Shown here: positions 24,801 through 32,475 of the stretch, piece by piece
Position numbering within the stretch: the stretch's first letter is position 1
How the letters are laid out: the number at the start of each line of letters is the position of its first letter
Source: a virus
Length of the DNA stretch: 64,000 nt
IMG/VR virus record: IMGVR_UViG_3300042557_001775
Span: 1 to 64,000 of that record
Direction: 5' to 3' (one strand)
The notes under the pieces: generated by a model
What the model was told of the DNA's origin: nothing
What the model saw: only the letters and a program-made list of their open reading frames with translations
The model's database searches: none
Translations under genes and position numbers: made by a program

Positions 24801-27477
24801 CGGACAAGGCTTCTCGCTGCGCTTGACCCGCTTTGCCGATGCCCAACTGGATCTTTGGCGTTGCGGCGAATACTCCGCGATCACTGTCTGCGAGCTTCTG
24901 CCGGACTTCGTTTAGCTCTTTTGTGTATTGCTCGCGCAGAGCTTTTCTTTCCGGAGTCTCATCTACTGCGGCCTGCTGCGGGTCCCGGGCGGCCCCTACG
25001 CCTGAAGCTTTGCTCGGCGCAGCGTCGCCCGAAACGTAATCTATTTTGTAGTTTCGGGGCTCGTCTCTTGTGCCGTCGGAAATGGAAACTGTGGTGGGGA
25101 GTCGAACGATTGAGTTCTTCAGCGCGGCGAGCTTTTGTTTTGCTTCGACGAGCGCGGTGGAAGCGGGGTCGAGTGTTTGCGAAAGTTCAGCAACCTCTTG
25201 CTCCGCTGCCGCGATTTCTGCGGCGTTGCCACTGGCTCCAGACGGCACGAAAGCATCTCCGTCTTGAGTTCCGGCGATCCCGAGCACCTCATTCAATTCT
25301 TCGGGAGTCTTCGCCGCGTTGATCGCCGCATTAAATTCGTCTTCTTGGGTGCGAAGATCTTCGAGAGGCCGGTTCGCTATGAGGTCGAACTGACTCGGCT
25401 TAAGCTCAAACCGATTGTTAGTGACGTCGTCTTGAAAAATGGCATTGCCGCTTTTGCGAAGGCCCACAAATCGAGCATTCCGAGTTCCTCCTCGGCCATC
25501 AGCGATGCTTACTTCGGCGCCCGAGTTCAAAGTTCCTACTCGATCGGTGAGGACGCTGCCTTCCAACGCTTTGCGATTTTCGGCTTCTTGAGCTTCGCGT
25601 GCGCCCCGGGAGTTCGCCAGCTCACTGACGAACGTGGCCGCCCCCATGGCTTGGCGAGCGGCGGTCGTCGGCGCACGACTCAACCGCTCACGAAGCGCGG
25701 CAACTGCCGTCGCTTTTTGTTCAGCTTCTTTGGCGCTTAAGGTTTGATCGGTAAGCTCCTTTTCAAGGCGGGCGATCTCGGCTTCTGCCTCCTGCTTCTT
25801 GAGCGTCGCGTCGGCCTCGGAAAAATCAAACTGCCCCGAACCAAGAAGCACGAAGCCTGAAGCCCCTGGCATGTATGCGGGATCGGCCTCATGCGTTTCC
25901 TTGATGGGTTTTTGCCGAGGGGCGAGTTCCGGCTCGGCTTCTCCTTCGACCCCCGCTTCGCGCTGCGATTTGAAATACTCCAGCTCCTTGGCTAGGGCGG
26001 CACCTTCTATGGTTCCCAGATCCAAGGGCGCTACGCGGACGCCGCCGAGATCAACCGCTGCGCCGACACGCCCGTCATACTCCGTCTCTGGATCGATGGC
26101 CGCCCATCCGGCGCTCTCGTTGAAGCGGAACTTGAGGCCGTCCCTTTCGATCGGCTCCGACCACGCTCCCAGAATGTCCTGCGGGGTTTCGGGGGCGGCA
26201 GGAGTTTCTTGGTCTTGGTCGTCCCCACCGATTCCGTCTATCGCTTGCTTGGTGCGAGGTGCGAGGTTTTCCAACACGCCGCCACCGCCGCCAAGCATAC
26301 CGCCGATTGTGGCGCCAGCCGCTGCCGCGATCATACGCTCCCTCCCCGCCCCAGGAGCGTTGAGCCGCTCTTCGATAGTCTGGTTCGGGTCGGCCATGCC
26401 AACGGCGGCTTGTTCGAGGCCGGTCTGGAGATACTCGGTCGCGCCCTCCAGCGGCGCACCGATGGCCGCCCCTCTGGCCGCTCCAGCGGCAACGCGCCCG
26501 GGGAACTTCAAATTCAGCGGCTTGCTTTCGACGCCAAACATCTTGTTGACGCCCGGAATCTTCGAAGCCACGAATCCCTCAAACAAAGTATCCAGCGCGG
26601 CGCCGGGGACCGATGTGGCGAGAGCCGCCGTGACTGCTTCGCTGCCACCCTCCCCGGTCTCATCCCGGATCTGGCCGTAAGTCCCGCCGGAAATCTGTCC
26701 CAAATTGGCGAGGTACGCGCCGGTCATGGCGCCGTAGCGGGTTCCGCTGGAAACGGCCCCCTGAACTCCCCGCGCAGCATCATCGACAGTCCCCGCAAGT
26801 CCACGGGCGGTTCCTTCGGCGGCCTTGGCCCCCACCGATCGGGTCAGGAGGCCCCGGGTAATCTCTTCGGCGACTTTGCGCTCGGCTTCGTCGGCCACTT
26901 CTCCGGCGGCCCGACGCTTGGCGATCTGGTTGATGACCATCCGCTTGGCGAGCGATTTACCGACCGCGCCGCCGACGCCGCCTCCCAGAATCGAGGTCAA
27001 AAGCTGGGGGAGCTGTTCGCCGAGGAGGCCGACGGCATAGCGGCCGGCATCGCCCAAGTCTTCGATATCTTCAAAAGGATCCTGCACCGAAGCGGCCTGC
27101 GTGGCCGCCTCTTCCATGGCCCGACGATAATTGTCGTAGCCCCAATCGGCGGCCCGCTCGATACCAAGTCCGTCGGCGGCCAGCCCCAAGAAGCCGTAAG
27201 CCAGTCCTTCGAGCTGGTCCCCGCCCCGGCTCAATCCGACAGAGAACTCTTCTCCCAGAGTACGGGGGACGGCTTCGAATCTGGTTCCGACGTTTAACCC
27301 TCGGGAGCTGTCGGCCAACGAAGGCAAAAGACTCTTGGCCGACTCCTGCTCCTGCTCGGGCGCAGATTCTTGGGGTATCGCCAGCTCGGCAGGTTCATCT
27401 AAAGACACCCGCCGCTGGTTTAACCCTTGAACCTTTTCTTCGTCTTCTTGCTCCAGAAGATAGTCGTACCAAGCCAT
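15841..27477 (-). CDS. Giant internal virion/ejection protein, large polyvalent type (3878 aa)
   Basis: Last of the ejection-gene cluster; Gly/Ala-rich hydrophobic N-terminal region, long coiled coils, zincin motif LLHELSH...EEFVVE and a Pro/Glu/Lys linker. Confidence 0.85.
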   Translation of the reverse strand: MAWYDYLLEQEDEEKVQGLNQRRVSLDEPAELAIPQESAPEQEQESAKSLLPSLADSSRGLNVGTRFEAVPRTLGEEFSVGLSRGGDQLEGLAYGFLGLAADGLGIERAADWGYDNYRRAMEEAATQAASVQDPFEDIEDLGDAGRYAVGLLGEQLPQLLTSILGGGVGGAVGKSLAKRMVINQIAKRRAAGEVADEAERKVAEEITRGLLTRSVGAKAAEGTARGLAGTVDDAARGVQGAVSSGTRYGAMTGAYLANLGQISGGTYGQIRDETGEGGSEAVTAALATSVPGAALDTLFEGFVASKIPGVNKMFGVESKPLNLKFPGRVAAGAARGAAIGAPLEGATEYLQTGLEQAAVGMADPNQTIEERLNAPGAGRERMIAAAAGATIGGMLGGGGGVLENLAPRTKQAIDGIGGDDQDQETPAAPETPQDILGAWSEPIERDGLKFRFNESAGWAAIDPETEYDGRVGAAVDLGGVRVAPLDLGTIEGAALAKELEYFKSQREAGVEGEAEPELAPRQKPIKETHEADPAYMPGASGFVLLGSGQFDFSEADATLKKQEAEAEIARLEKELTDQTLSAKEAEQKATAVAALRERLSRAPTTAARQAMGAATFVSELANSRGAREAQEAENRKALEGSVLTDRVGTLNSGAEVSIADGRGGTRNARFVGLRKSGNAIFQDDVTNNRFELKPSQFDLIANRPLEDLRTQEDEFNAAINAAKTPEELNEVLGIAGTQDGDAFVPSGASGNAAEIAAAEQEVAELSQTLDPASTALVEAKQKLAALKNSIVRLPTTVSISDGTRDEPRNYKIDYVSGDAAPSKASGVGAARDPQQAAVDETPERKALREQYTKELNEVRQKLADSDRGVFAATPKIQLGIGKAGQAQREALSARALELTSLLAEMRTPFGPQPAPASDLSSEPAGPAWNNGRPIVARLTPVIQTPKGNAPVRPTKPQRQSLTNEERTAIYERLFEEEQAKVFAGGFFTNEAGELEAVPETKERRDQKLRDAATIARQRTDEVVRAREDEANSAQLGAYNEALTQFNLATNNRNVAKRRAITDIARHLNAGDVVPATPELVSLLQGDPDVKIERRLFRGRIAPTVVSVTWRGVDGKSSPVEVSQGSYDAPVKTGAGVRDETGRFVPEGTPVLAQNPLSFTLTNVSPPKNKAGRDQQRTTGEQDREALARLDAEEDAEIQQTQTALTGAIQNRDKARKTFDALLRGNNAALAERDRLDAEIRDAEMALAEIGSAARAPEKAGNTRGLTSQLNALRKAQDKDRQTLADAKAQLEQIEAALQNATPNREAELRQEQAAVSSRAAEARKNVQSRALQLSALETRIDGESTLETLNERLTALAARRQELNAPEGKGGKLFGELSSNAITNAEKEIRELREAVKKQPTGRFAASQLVREGLGGLNYEAQLREAETRLASLKAERKSRTDELTQIRSDAERIKRAIAGRTKRVNQSAGKLAEERATIEGRLNTLREQRLGLVEAPNEQNALRAAEKAVVDLSARLEMLPNAYDKKRLEANRESSAYRPLSFKKLSGVGSFTKIYQQDPARGFEAEKTRLSSSAVDLREAQQLNRRMAALPEAFSILYRQLLEGLEPFLGRTTGITVGGGSPLTNVESDDLRTLALKKAATSTMEQFVAAASGRTSTLPVATQVEIARRFAAALAAARAVKKPKPTEDLELKVRKAALDLGVRLNAPDFNDLAVLRDKIAARFRDNPDKTYAVKVFNETLDSLEKVISPKGKRRQVAKAGTEERLGKKDYDAIKKTVVSADSSPEVDRFVDDLIKVSRITSSKAPPFKVAQAAVNAATKSIRRMRKEAPSTVSLDERFVPETLIAPQKEELEVGNVANVTELTDDAPEEENTPGGSVGPELLRLVGEDKKLMSKLSTEDQKLFLGTFGLEWDPSQDRYWYKDPGKIARLEELVTATGRVDFSNLDPRLQEIIRYIQGDVSYNTLYGIPENNLIGKKAADWKPSATAERLLQQKENREILEWAKRGGNAGRISGRGLSAAGDGAVAGGAPRVSQSLGGPDPDPAGERGLRSPSGPDADRSGSVSSGAAQPIRGSRPRTRLLNRTVRTVAPRAARAYVASWSGLTSKDLEGYTDEQINRIVTAIETEGRATESTLAAGGNVIGQTSQPFADLLLTKSATELLAGMAATQAARRRGSNAAKLKIKRENIRKLIQSGAFKDIETFLKTVANDQSQSLKARSIAAAFVKLGPRLGWNDNVSLQIAGFGRNFNSQPLTEEEIDRRVKVKDGKITLTLGSKKKEITLDADPDKADAQIDAARSEVEDDIIKSNAVTWSGRAAESDGAYSIYLNTNAIHDNREGGAIDTLLHELSHVVVNSKLNGFVELNSAERAAIQRLEGFRRQSIIAAGRSRGLDVPAKPTDAEVKIISDQLQEIAASESNQALISLTSLEEFVVEVTHNPEVAKQLATLGFGKGTFKGDFVAALKDVWNSIVALITGVQVDSSSPLAEGFSDSWRLNFSSVEGDAAPELIRSRMIDEMEAAVAQAQYIEEQLEAQDLAGTSEDRNRLAAEWPAVRETRRQQAQQAQAEARREIRLPSGRVLRYRQGFAPTSGVAGTNVLPRGTEVILLEQAAEAEAAEAGRSVDEIQQDISKKESDLRALEGILEGLDELHAFKTQRRRNTNKPEDPRVREAAQKLGRNTFTPMADIEAELNLLYSELAAAKARQPAEPAIEPKPEPPTPVEPKPEPDPEPPKEPPKKKKKAPAPDPDPEAAPEVSDTDITDADTTGESPRLKVVPEPKGTPAPKPTRKTDPEIDKAVQAMSRSEFVAWAQKTGRAEPVVIDGETKGDDFRPPSGGQMDSGVYWDLFNEKNQAAVEKRMQKRAPAPEVTIKRDPDSMTEQELNEIPNIRYSDSLGGKFERVFRDEVSKTPTGGTYVKGKFISAVDRLMDARGTDKFQSSRAGIKAEASRADANIRLLVRAVRDRNIDPRKITTALGNLDNPFTEAQMAEMMRVRLTDPEAAAELKDRYRRENRMKFRERQTAALKSLPRDVRVLVTQMRDHINVLQRRLKSEGLVSGDLEIAIDETLGIYLNRSYAIFDNPKWADRVRKNLKVMAGARGFLKKQLIEKAKERILNTATKTGTTISEAEAQRQATRSVAAADVETALEAALSVKDPTLEALSGRVMGQKNLSIFMSRGTIAPEIQALWGVYDNPETAYGKTILKMSTLIYNHRFLRELRELGLSEGWFSAQPEMRQDEDTGEFVVRGANFEEILRTADRAAAETAFRDAFADWEAPTGFVKISDETNARLSPLAGVWGNRDIVEALYKMYPQSDAENAARLFAKATGLSMAMATVGSAAAQTRNYLAGYLKLLSTGALMPGSFSGKAIGLAHQTAIQEAFKNYGSGPKAYEKARQEIEKLIRLRVFGESVTANMIDDLVQDYRELGGARVQAGDAVTRKITQPFRKLWDFAQGTYAMSDNIMRAIVFYTERENYRRAYPKMAEAELDEKAAEISREIYWTYSEAPQWVQELKRGPGLVVAPFITFTTEVVRTAINTLRLAASEIKSGNPELRSLGYRRIGGFGLAMTVPSVAAGGIAAMAGMTPEDEEDLREFLPDWQKNNQLLLFGRTGNTISYADISFFDGHEYFKKPFVAMMRAFGRAESMPEAIADGGVAMVGELMKPFVGEQIVFGAVTSVLRNVDAGGRRIYNPQDSGTNIAQAIGAHLAGAFVPGTAKTIYRGGLGVAGVVSDSGQQFSAAQEIGAIVTGTRIRQVDLDQALGFGASEFLRNKRDATSLFNRVLLSRGTQPPGAVAGSFDLTDQAQYRLTQEARRRYMAARRLGLPEPAAISRLRATGIGKDDLEDIASGIYRPFQPSKESLKNAAPERAREAEQAAGQAQERDL
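21168..21581 (-). CDS. Putative nested out-of-frame gene inside the giant gene (137 aa)
   Basis: Globular-looking core with GC3-rich codons where the main frame becomes G/R/S/P-rich; TACAAT 7 nt upstream of the ATG. Confidence 0.6.
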   Translation of the reverse strand: MEYQKTTSSERKPLTGSPVQQPSDSSNKKKTEKSSNGPSVAEMQAAFPDVACRLLAMVLSQEEHRELANRLGGPILIRLAKGDYGALADLMLTDPEAFQVAPLNRFEDLAHELVFSTAPSEQSLPEQPEPTSPPGLA

Positions 27478-27500
27478 TGCTAAAAGTAGCGGTTGTTAGG

Positions 27501-28529
27501 TTATGATGCAACTGGCCGGGACTTCCAGTAATCCAGATAATCGTCAAACGTCGGCTCGGGCTTCGGGTCGGCGGTTACGAACTTGGGAATCGCGTTGATG
27601 GCTTGAATCCTGACTTCGCCGTTAGAGTCCATGAGTGCCCGGAGTCCGCGTTTTGCCTCCTTTGAGAACCCCTTAAAACGCTCTTCCTTGGGCTTGTTCC
27701 ACTCTTGGCTAAGGTAGTCTTGAAACTGGGACGGCGCTTCAAACCGTTGGCCGTATAGCACATAGGCGTCCCGTTGGATTTTACCTAACGCGTTCGCCAT
27801 CTCTCGGGGGCGCCCAATGTGTCCATAACCGGATGTTGCGTCGGGACTGTTGTCAGTAAAATGGTGGCCGACTTCGTGTTCCAATGTTTCTCTGACGTCA
27901 CTGCGGGGGTTGGCTGCCGCTGCTTCTAGGTCCGGCGGCTCCATGTTATTCTTGTCTAAATATTGCGCGACGCTCTTTCCGAGCGGCTCTTGCGAATAGT
28001 TTTTGCTTTTAGCCGCAACAAATTCAGGACTGTTTAACCTAATTCCAGTTTCGGGGTTGTAGTGCGCGGCCTTCTGCACTTTTTCTCCGGTCTCCACTTT
28101 TACAAATACGGGCGCGTCAATTTTGTCGTAGTCGATGGTATACGCGTCTCCGTAGTATCGGCCTTTAGGGACATCCATCGCCCCTTGATTTTGATCTTCT
28201 GCCCACGCACGCGGGTTCCGGAATCCGGCGGGCTGCCTTTTCATAAAGGGCAAAGCCGCTTCTGGATTCTCTTTGTCGAACGCTTTCGCCTTGGCAATTT
28301 CTGCGTCAAGGTTTTCGCCGTAGTACGGCGAAAGCACCTCGCGGCCAGTAACCATCGACGCGGCTCCGGCTTCGAGATTCGGCATCGGGCCGTATTTCTC
28401 AAGCAGCTCCGCGTCGGACAGGGTGGAGATCGGCTGCCCTTTGATCTCGCTCAAGTTCCGGACACCCGGCCCACTTCGCCCCGGGAGATACGGGTCAACG
28501 GCTTCCAGAATTTCGTCGTACCAAGCCAT
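27501..28529 (-). CDS. Zincin-like (HExxH) putative internal virion protein (342 aa)
   Basis: LEHEVGHH followed by a downstream PREM glutamate; N-terminus shared with the giant protein. Confidence 0.75.
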   Translation of the reverse strand: MAWYDEILEAVDPYLPGRSGPGVRNLSEIKGQPISTLSDAELLEKYGPMPNLEAGAASMVTGREVLSPYYGENLDAEIAKAKAFDKENPEAALPFMKRQPAGFRNPRAWAEDQNQGAMDVPKGRYYGDAYTIDYDKIDAPVFVKVETGEKVQKAAHYNPETGIRLNSPEFVAAKSKNYSQEPLGKSVAQYLDKNNMEPPDLEAAAANPRSDVRETLEHEVGHHFTDNSPDATSGYGHIGRPREMANALGKIQRDAYVLYGQRFEAPSQFQDYLSQEWNKPKEERFKGFSKEAKRGLRALMDSNGEVRIQAINAIPKFVTADPKPEPTFDDYLDYWKSRPVAS

Positions 28530-28546
28530 GATGCAAGCACCAGAAA

Positions 28547-30478
28547 CTAAAGTTTACCGAGTTGGGCGCGAAGTTTCTTTAGCTCGGAATCGATGCGGCT
28601 CCATTGTTTTTTCGCCGACTCATAGTCTAGTCGTCCGTCGGCTCCCGGCAAAGGAACGATCGCCGCTTGATCTTTTGTAAGCTGGGCGATTTGGAACTCG
28701 ACGCTTGCTCGTTTGCCGGACTTTGCCTGCTGAGCCTTCGCGCTGCTCGCTCGTGCGCTCAAAGCTTTGTACCTCTGGTCAGCGGTTTCTCGGGTCGAGG
28801 CGTCAACCGCATCCATATTTTCTGCCGTAAACGGATTCGGTTTGGCGACGTTGGCGGGTTTGGCTGCGGGCGCTGTAGCTGCATTCGCGCTGCCCGTCAT
28901 CGCTCCGATAGATTCATCGGTAAGATCTTCGGGCGCGAAGATTGAAATCCCTTGCCGCCCCCTCGAAATCACGGGCCTACCAGAATCACGGGCCGCTTTC
29001 ATGGCGGCCGCCCGGAGAGCTGGCAACGTCGCTTCGTCAACTTTCCGCGCGCGTGCATCGTTATCGAAACGGTCGATATCCAAGACCGTGTCGTCGTTCG
29101 GCAGATTAAACGATTTATCGAGCTGGCTTCGCGTGCCATCGTCAGGTGCGGTCGCGCGCTTTTCGGACCAGATGCCGACATAATCGCGCGCCGTCATCGT
29201 CGGAGCCCCCGACACTTCGCGGTTTAACCGTGTGATCTCCCGGTTAAGAAACTCTTTTTCTACTGGGTCAGTCGTTGCGGCCGCAGCGGTCGTCAGCGCA
29301 TCTACCCGCTTCTTGCCCAAATCCAATAGTTTTTCCGGATCGGGTCCGCTCTGAGGTTTGCCAAGCAGAGCAGCAAAGGCTTCCTCTGTCTTTTCGGCGT
29401 TTCTTTTTTGCACCGCGCCTACAAGCTGAGCTGGGGTGTACGCGCCTTGGGAAGTCCGCGACAATTCGTCGTAAAGATTCAACGAGTCGTCGTCAAACTT
29501 CCGCAGGGCGTCGTATTCTTGCGGCCCCAAGCCGAAACGCGTAGCGGCTTCGTCTAGGATGCGCTTTTGCGTTGTGCGGTATTTTCCTTGAATTCTCGGC
29601 GCCTCTTTGCGGCTGGAGCTGTAGACTGCTGCGTTGATGTTTCGCTCCAGGTCCTTGTCCGCTTGGAGGAACCTCCGCAGATCAGATGGCCCTTGCGGCG
29701 TCTCGGTTTCGGCGTCCGGCTGGCTGGCAAATGACTTTGCGTCCCCGCCAGTATACGGCGTTTGGAAGTTTGTCAGGGGATTCTGGGACAATGTGCGGCT
29801 CGCTGAAGACATCACTTCGGCTTTCTCAAAGTCGCTAATCGGCTGAGAAACATCCTGCACGGACGCGTCAGAGCCAACGGGCGCAAGTTCGGTCAAATCA
29901 AGGTCGGCTCCGAAGTTGTCCAGAACGTTAGACCTGGGCGCCTCTGCAAAAGTTCGCAGTAATGGATTGCCGGCCGCCGCGCTTGTCGTTTCGGACAAAG
30001 ACACTGGACCTGGCCGATCCATCATGTCTTGCGGCGCCATGCGACGCGCATCGTCCGAAATCGGAGCTGCTTGTTTCGTCGCTTGTCCCGGAGTCGCTTT
30101 GGGGGCGATTGAGCCAGGACCAAAAAGATCGCGGAATTGATCTGGATAGAGTCCAGAAAAATCGTCGTCACCTTCGAGGCTGCCTTGAGCTAAAGACCGC
30201 CGATATTCGGCAGTCGCCAAGGATTCGCTGGCTGCCGCTTGGCTTGCTGTTATTTGGGCTCGCAGCTTTTCAAGCTCAAGCTGCGCCGCCGTGGCCGCGT
30301 ACGGCAGCGTCTCCCGCTTGATGGCGTTGTTGAGCGCCGACTCCTCTTGGCGTCGCTGCTCCTCTTGCTGCATGAGCTTAGTGCGACGGACATCGTTAAA
30401 CGCCGCGATGCCCACTCCGATGGGGTTCCAGTCCCATGGAGGTGCTGTGCTGATTGGTGCGAATGCTGCTCCTGCCAT
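28547..30478 (-). CDS. Putative ejection protein (643 aa)
   Basis: Position between the pilot-like and giant genes; Ala/Gln-rich helical sequence. Confidence 0.7.
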   Translation of the reverse strand: MAGAAFAPISTAPPWDWNPIGVGIAAFNDVRRTKLMQQEEQRRQEESALNNAIKRETLPYAATAAQLELEKLRAQITASQAAASESLATAEYRRSLAQGSLEGDDDFSGLYPDQFRDLFGPGSIAPKATPGQATKQAAPISDDARRMAPQDMMDRPGPVSLSETTSAAAGNPLLRTFAEAPRSNVLDNFGADLDLTELAPVGSDASVQDVSQPISDFEKAEVMSSASRTLSQNPLTNFQTPYTGGDAKSFASQPDAETETPQGPSDLRRFLQADKDLERNINAAVYSSSRKEAPRIQGKYRTTQKRILDEAATRFGLGPQEYDALRKFDDDSLNLYDELSRTSQGAYTPAQLVGAVQKRNAEKTEEAFAALLGKPQSGPDPEKLLDLGKKRVDALTTAAAATTDPVEKEFLNREITRLNREVSGAPTMTARDYVGIWSEKRATAPDDGTRSQLDKSFNLPNDDTVLDIDRFDNDARARKVDEATLPALRAAAMKAARDSGRPVISRGRQGISIFAPEDLTDESIGAMTGSANAATAPAAKPANVAKPNPFTAENMDAVDASTRETADQRYKALSARASSAKAQQAKSGKRASVEFQIAQLTKDQAAIVPLPGADGRLDYESAKKQWSRIDSELKKLRAQLGKL

Positions 30479-30483
30479 AATGC

Positions 30484-31983
30484 TTAAATATAACTGAATG
30501 ATTTATTTCCAACCCCATACTGACCGGCTGGAGTGTAATAATACTGACCGACACCCCACCGCGACATCTCAGAAGGGTCTTTTCCCCACGCTTTAGCCGC
30601 GCCGGTAGCCGATCCATAAAAACCTGAATTACGGTCTAAGCCTCCCGTCACCATCGAGCTTAACGAGCTTCCGACACCTAGGATATCGTTGAAGCTAAAG
30701 CGACTTTGGGGTGCCGAGAAGCTCCTGCTGTAGTCTCCGCCGCCTCCACTGCCGCCAAGCGATCCCCCAAGGCTCGCCCCTAATGAAGCACCTGCGGCAG
30801 TGCCTAACCCAGGGGCCACGAAAGTGCCTACTAAACCCCCTGCGACAGCTCCGCCGAGTGACGCGATAGAAGATAGCCCCGCTGCGTATTGCCGGTTCTT
30901 GTCCGCTTCTACTTGAAGTTGATTTTGCCAAGACGTGTTGTTGATGCTCTGTCTCCAGTCACCCCACGTTGTAGCAGCCGCGACAGACTGTCTTGACGCG
31001 GAGTCGTACGCAGAGGTCTGCATGGCGCCGCTTTTTAGTATCGCGTCTAGCCCGCCCAAGTATCGTGTCTTGCCCATGTCGCTTTGCGACACAAGAACAT
31101 CCCGTGCGACGCCTTGCCGGGCCCCTAAAATTGTATTCAAGCCAGTCTGTTGATTCCGAACGTATGCTTGTTGCGCTCCAAATATATTTTCGTTGTTTCG
31201 CTGGTTTATTGTTAGCGCGTCTTTACTGCTTATCCCCAGGTAGTCACTGGCCTGCGCTGCCGTGGTTTGCAATCCGGATACTTGGGTGTCGTAGATAAGT
31301 TTCGCCCAATTCTGGGCGCTTTGGTCTGCCTGCATCGCAAGATCCAGCGAAGTGAGGCCTAAGTTACGAGCGGCCAACGCCGATCCCGCTTGGCTTCCAG
31401 CCCCAAGTCCTCCCTGAAGAGCCCCGTACGCGCTTTGCCGTTGCACGGAAGCCATCACGTCGGCGGGCAAACGCCCTTGTAACATCTCAAGGTTGTTCCG
31501 GCTAATCTGCTCTTGCTGAGCTAACTGATACGGGTTTGCCCGGTCGATCATGCTTTGCCGAGTACGGAACGCAGACTCCGTCAACTTGTCGGCAAAACTA
31601 ATAAAATTGTCTGCATTCTTTAGGTTGAAATCGACTGCCTCTTGGCCTGAGCGCGTAACAAGGCCGTCTGAACGAGTTTTGTATTCGTCGATATAGCCTT
31701 TCTCTTCTGCGTAGAGTGCCGGCAGCGCGTCTCGAAAAGACGCGATGGCATCTTGCATCGATGTAGAATATTCGGTGTTGGCGGACTCGATAAGAGAGCG
31801 GTAGTCACCAGCTCTTTCTTGCTCTAGCGTAACAACCTCCTTGGCCGCAGCGATACTTTTATCGACGTACGCTTTGATCGCGGCCATCGATTTCCCGTAC
31901 GCATTGTCCGCAAGCTGAATTCCTTTTTGCTCCCGTTCCCGGTTCACCTTCCCCGGATCGCCTTTGCTGCCGCCCATGCTCAT
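30484..31983 (-). CDS. Putative DNA pilot/ejection protein
   Basis: MSMGGSKG start at an ATGA overlap; Gln/Ala helices; C-terminal glycine-zipper GGAVAGGLVG..APGLGTAAGASLG. Confidence 0.7.
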   Translation of the reverse strand: MSMGGSKGDPGKVNREREQKGIQLADNAYGKSMAAIKAYVDKSIAAAKEVVTLEQERAGDYRSLIESANTEYSTSMQDAIASFRDALPALYAEEKGYIDEYKTRSDGLVTRSGQEAVDFNLKNADNFISFADKLTESAFRTRQSMIDRANPYQLAQQEQISRNNLEMLQGRLPADVMASVQRQSAYGALQGGLGAGSQAGSALAARNLGLTSLDLAMQADQSAQNWAKLIYDTQVSGLQTTAAQASDYLGISSKDALTINQRNNENIFGAQQAYVRNQQTGLNTILGARQGVARDVLVSQSDMGKTRYLGGLDAILKSGAMQTSAYDSASRQSVAAATTWGDWRQSINNTSWQNQLQVEADKNRQYAAGLSSIASLGGAVAGGLVGTFVAPGLGTAAGASLGASLGGSLGGSGGGGDYSRSFSAPQSRFSFNDILGVGSSLSSMVTGGLDRNSGFYGSATGAAKAWGKDPSEMSRWGVGQYYYTPAGQYGVGNKSFSYI

Positions 31984-32453
31984 GCGGCCTCCTTCCCGAT
32001 CCACTCAATTGGATCGTCATTCGCGGTGAAGAATTTCCACATTTCAAGGCTCGACTCCCGGGCGGCTTCGGGGCCTCGAAGGATCATCACGATCATCGGA
32101 GCCATCAGGAGATGGACGTCCCGGAGCGTCAACGCATAGGCGCGCCCTCTTGACCCTTCGCGCTCCAGTTCCACCGAATCCCGCCAAGCGATGATGGCTT
32201 GGAAAATTAGCGGCATCAGCTTCGCTTTGTGCGCGTTGAAAAACTCGTTGGTCGGCAGCTCGACCAAAGCACCCCAGAAAGTCAGGTCGATTTCTTCGCG
32301 GGGCGGCAACTCGTCCCCGTCCACGAGGGCATCCCAGAGTTCGGAAATGCCGCCGAGCGTCGTGATAAAGTCGAGTGCGCTTCGGTCTCCGCCAAACCAT
32401 TCAAGCAGTTTGGCGTCTCGGGCGTCTCTCCATTCAGGTGAATCGTAGATCAT
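31980..32453 (-). CDS. Conserved phage protein, possible isoprenoid-synthase-like fold (157 aa)
   Basis: WDALVDGD and LPTNEFF motifs; all-helical appearance. Confidence 0.7.
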   Translation of the reverse strand: MIYDSPEWRDARDAKLLEWFGGDRSALDFITTLGGISELWDALVDGDELPPREEIDLTFWGALVELPTNEFFNAHKAKLMPLIFQAIIAWRDSVELEREGSRGRAYALTLRDVHLLMAPMIVMILRGPEAARESSLEMWKFFTANDDPIEWIGKEAA

Positions 32454-32466
32454 GGGTTAGCAGGTT

Positions 32467-32475
32467 ATTATATCA
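32467..32475 (-). promoter_or_regulatory. Extended -10 promoter candidate upstream of the ejection cluster
   Basis: TG-A-TATAAT, 13 nt before the ATG at 32453. Confidence 0.5.

Noticed and set aside
16938-26228. Other same-strand shifted ORFs inside the giant gene (for example 17415-17951 and 23682-24269)
   Set aside because: Their translations are R/S/P-rich off-frame patterns and the main frame stays protein-like there, unlike at 21168-21581.
15841-27477. Giant protein as a virion RNA polymerase (N4- or crAss-like)
   Set aside because: The size fits, but I found no DxDxD two-barrel motif or T7-type catalytic motifs by eye; a profile search is needed to exclude it fully.
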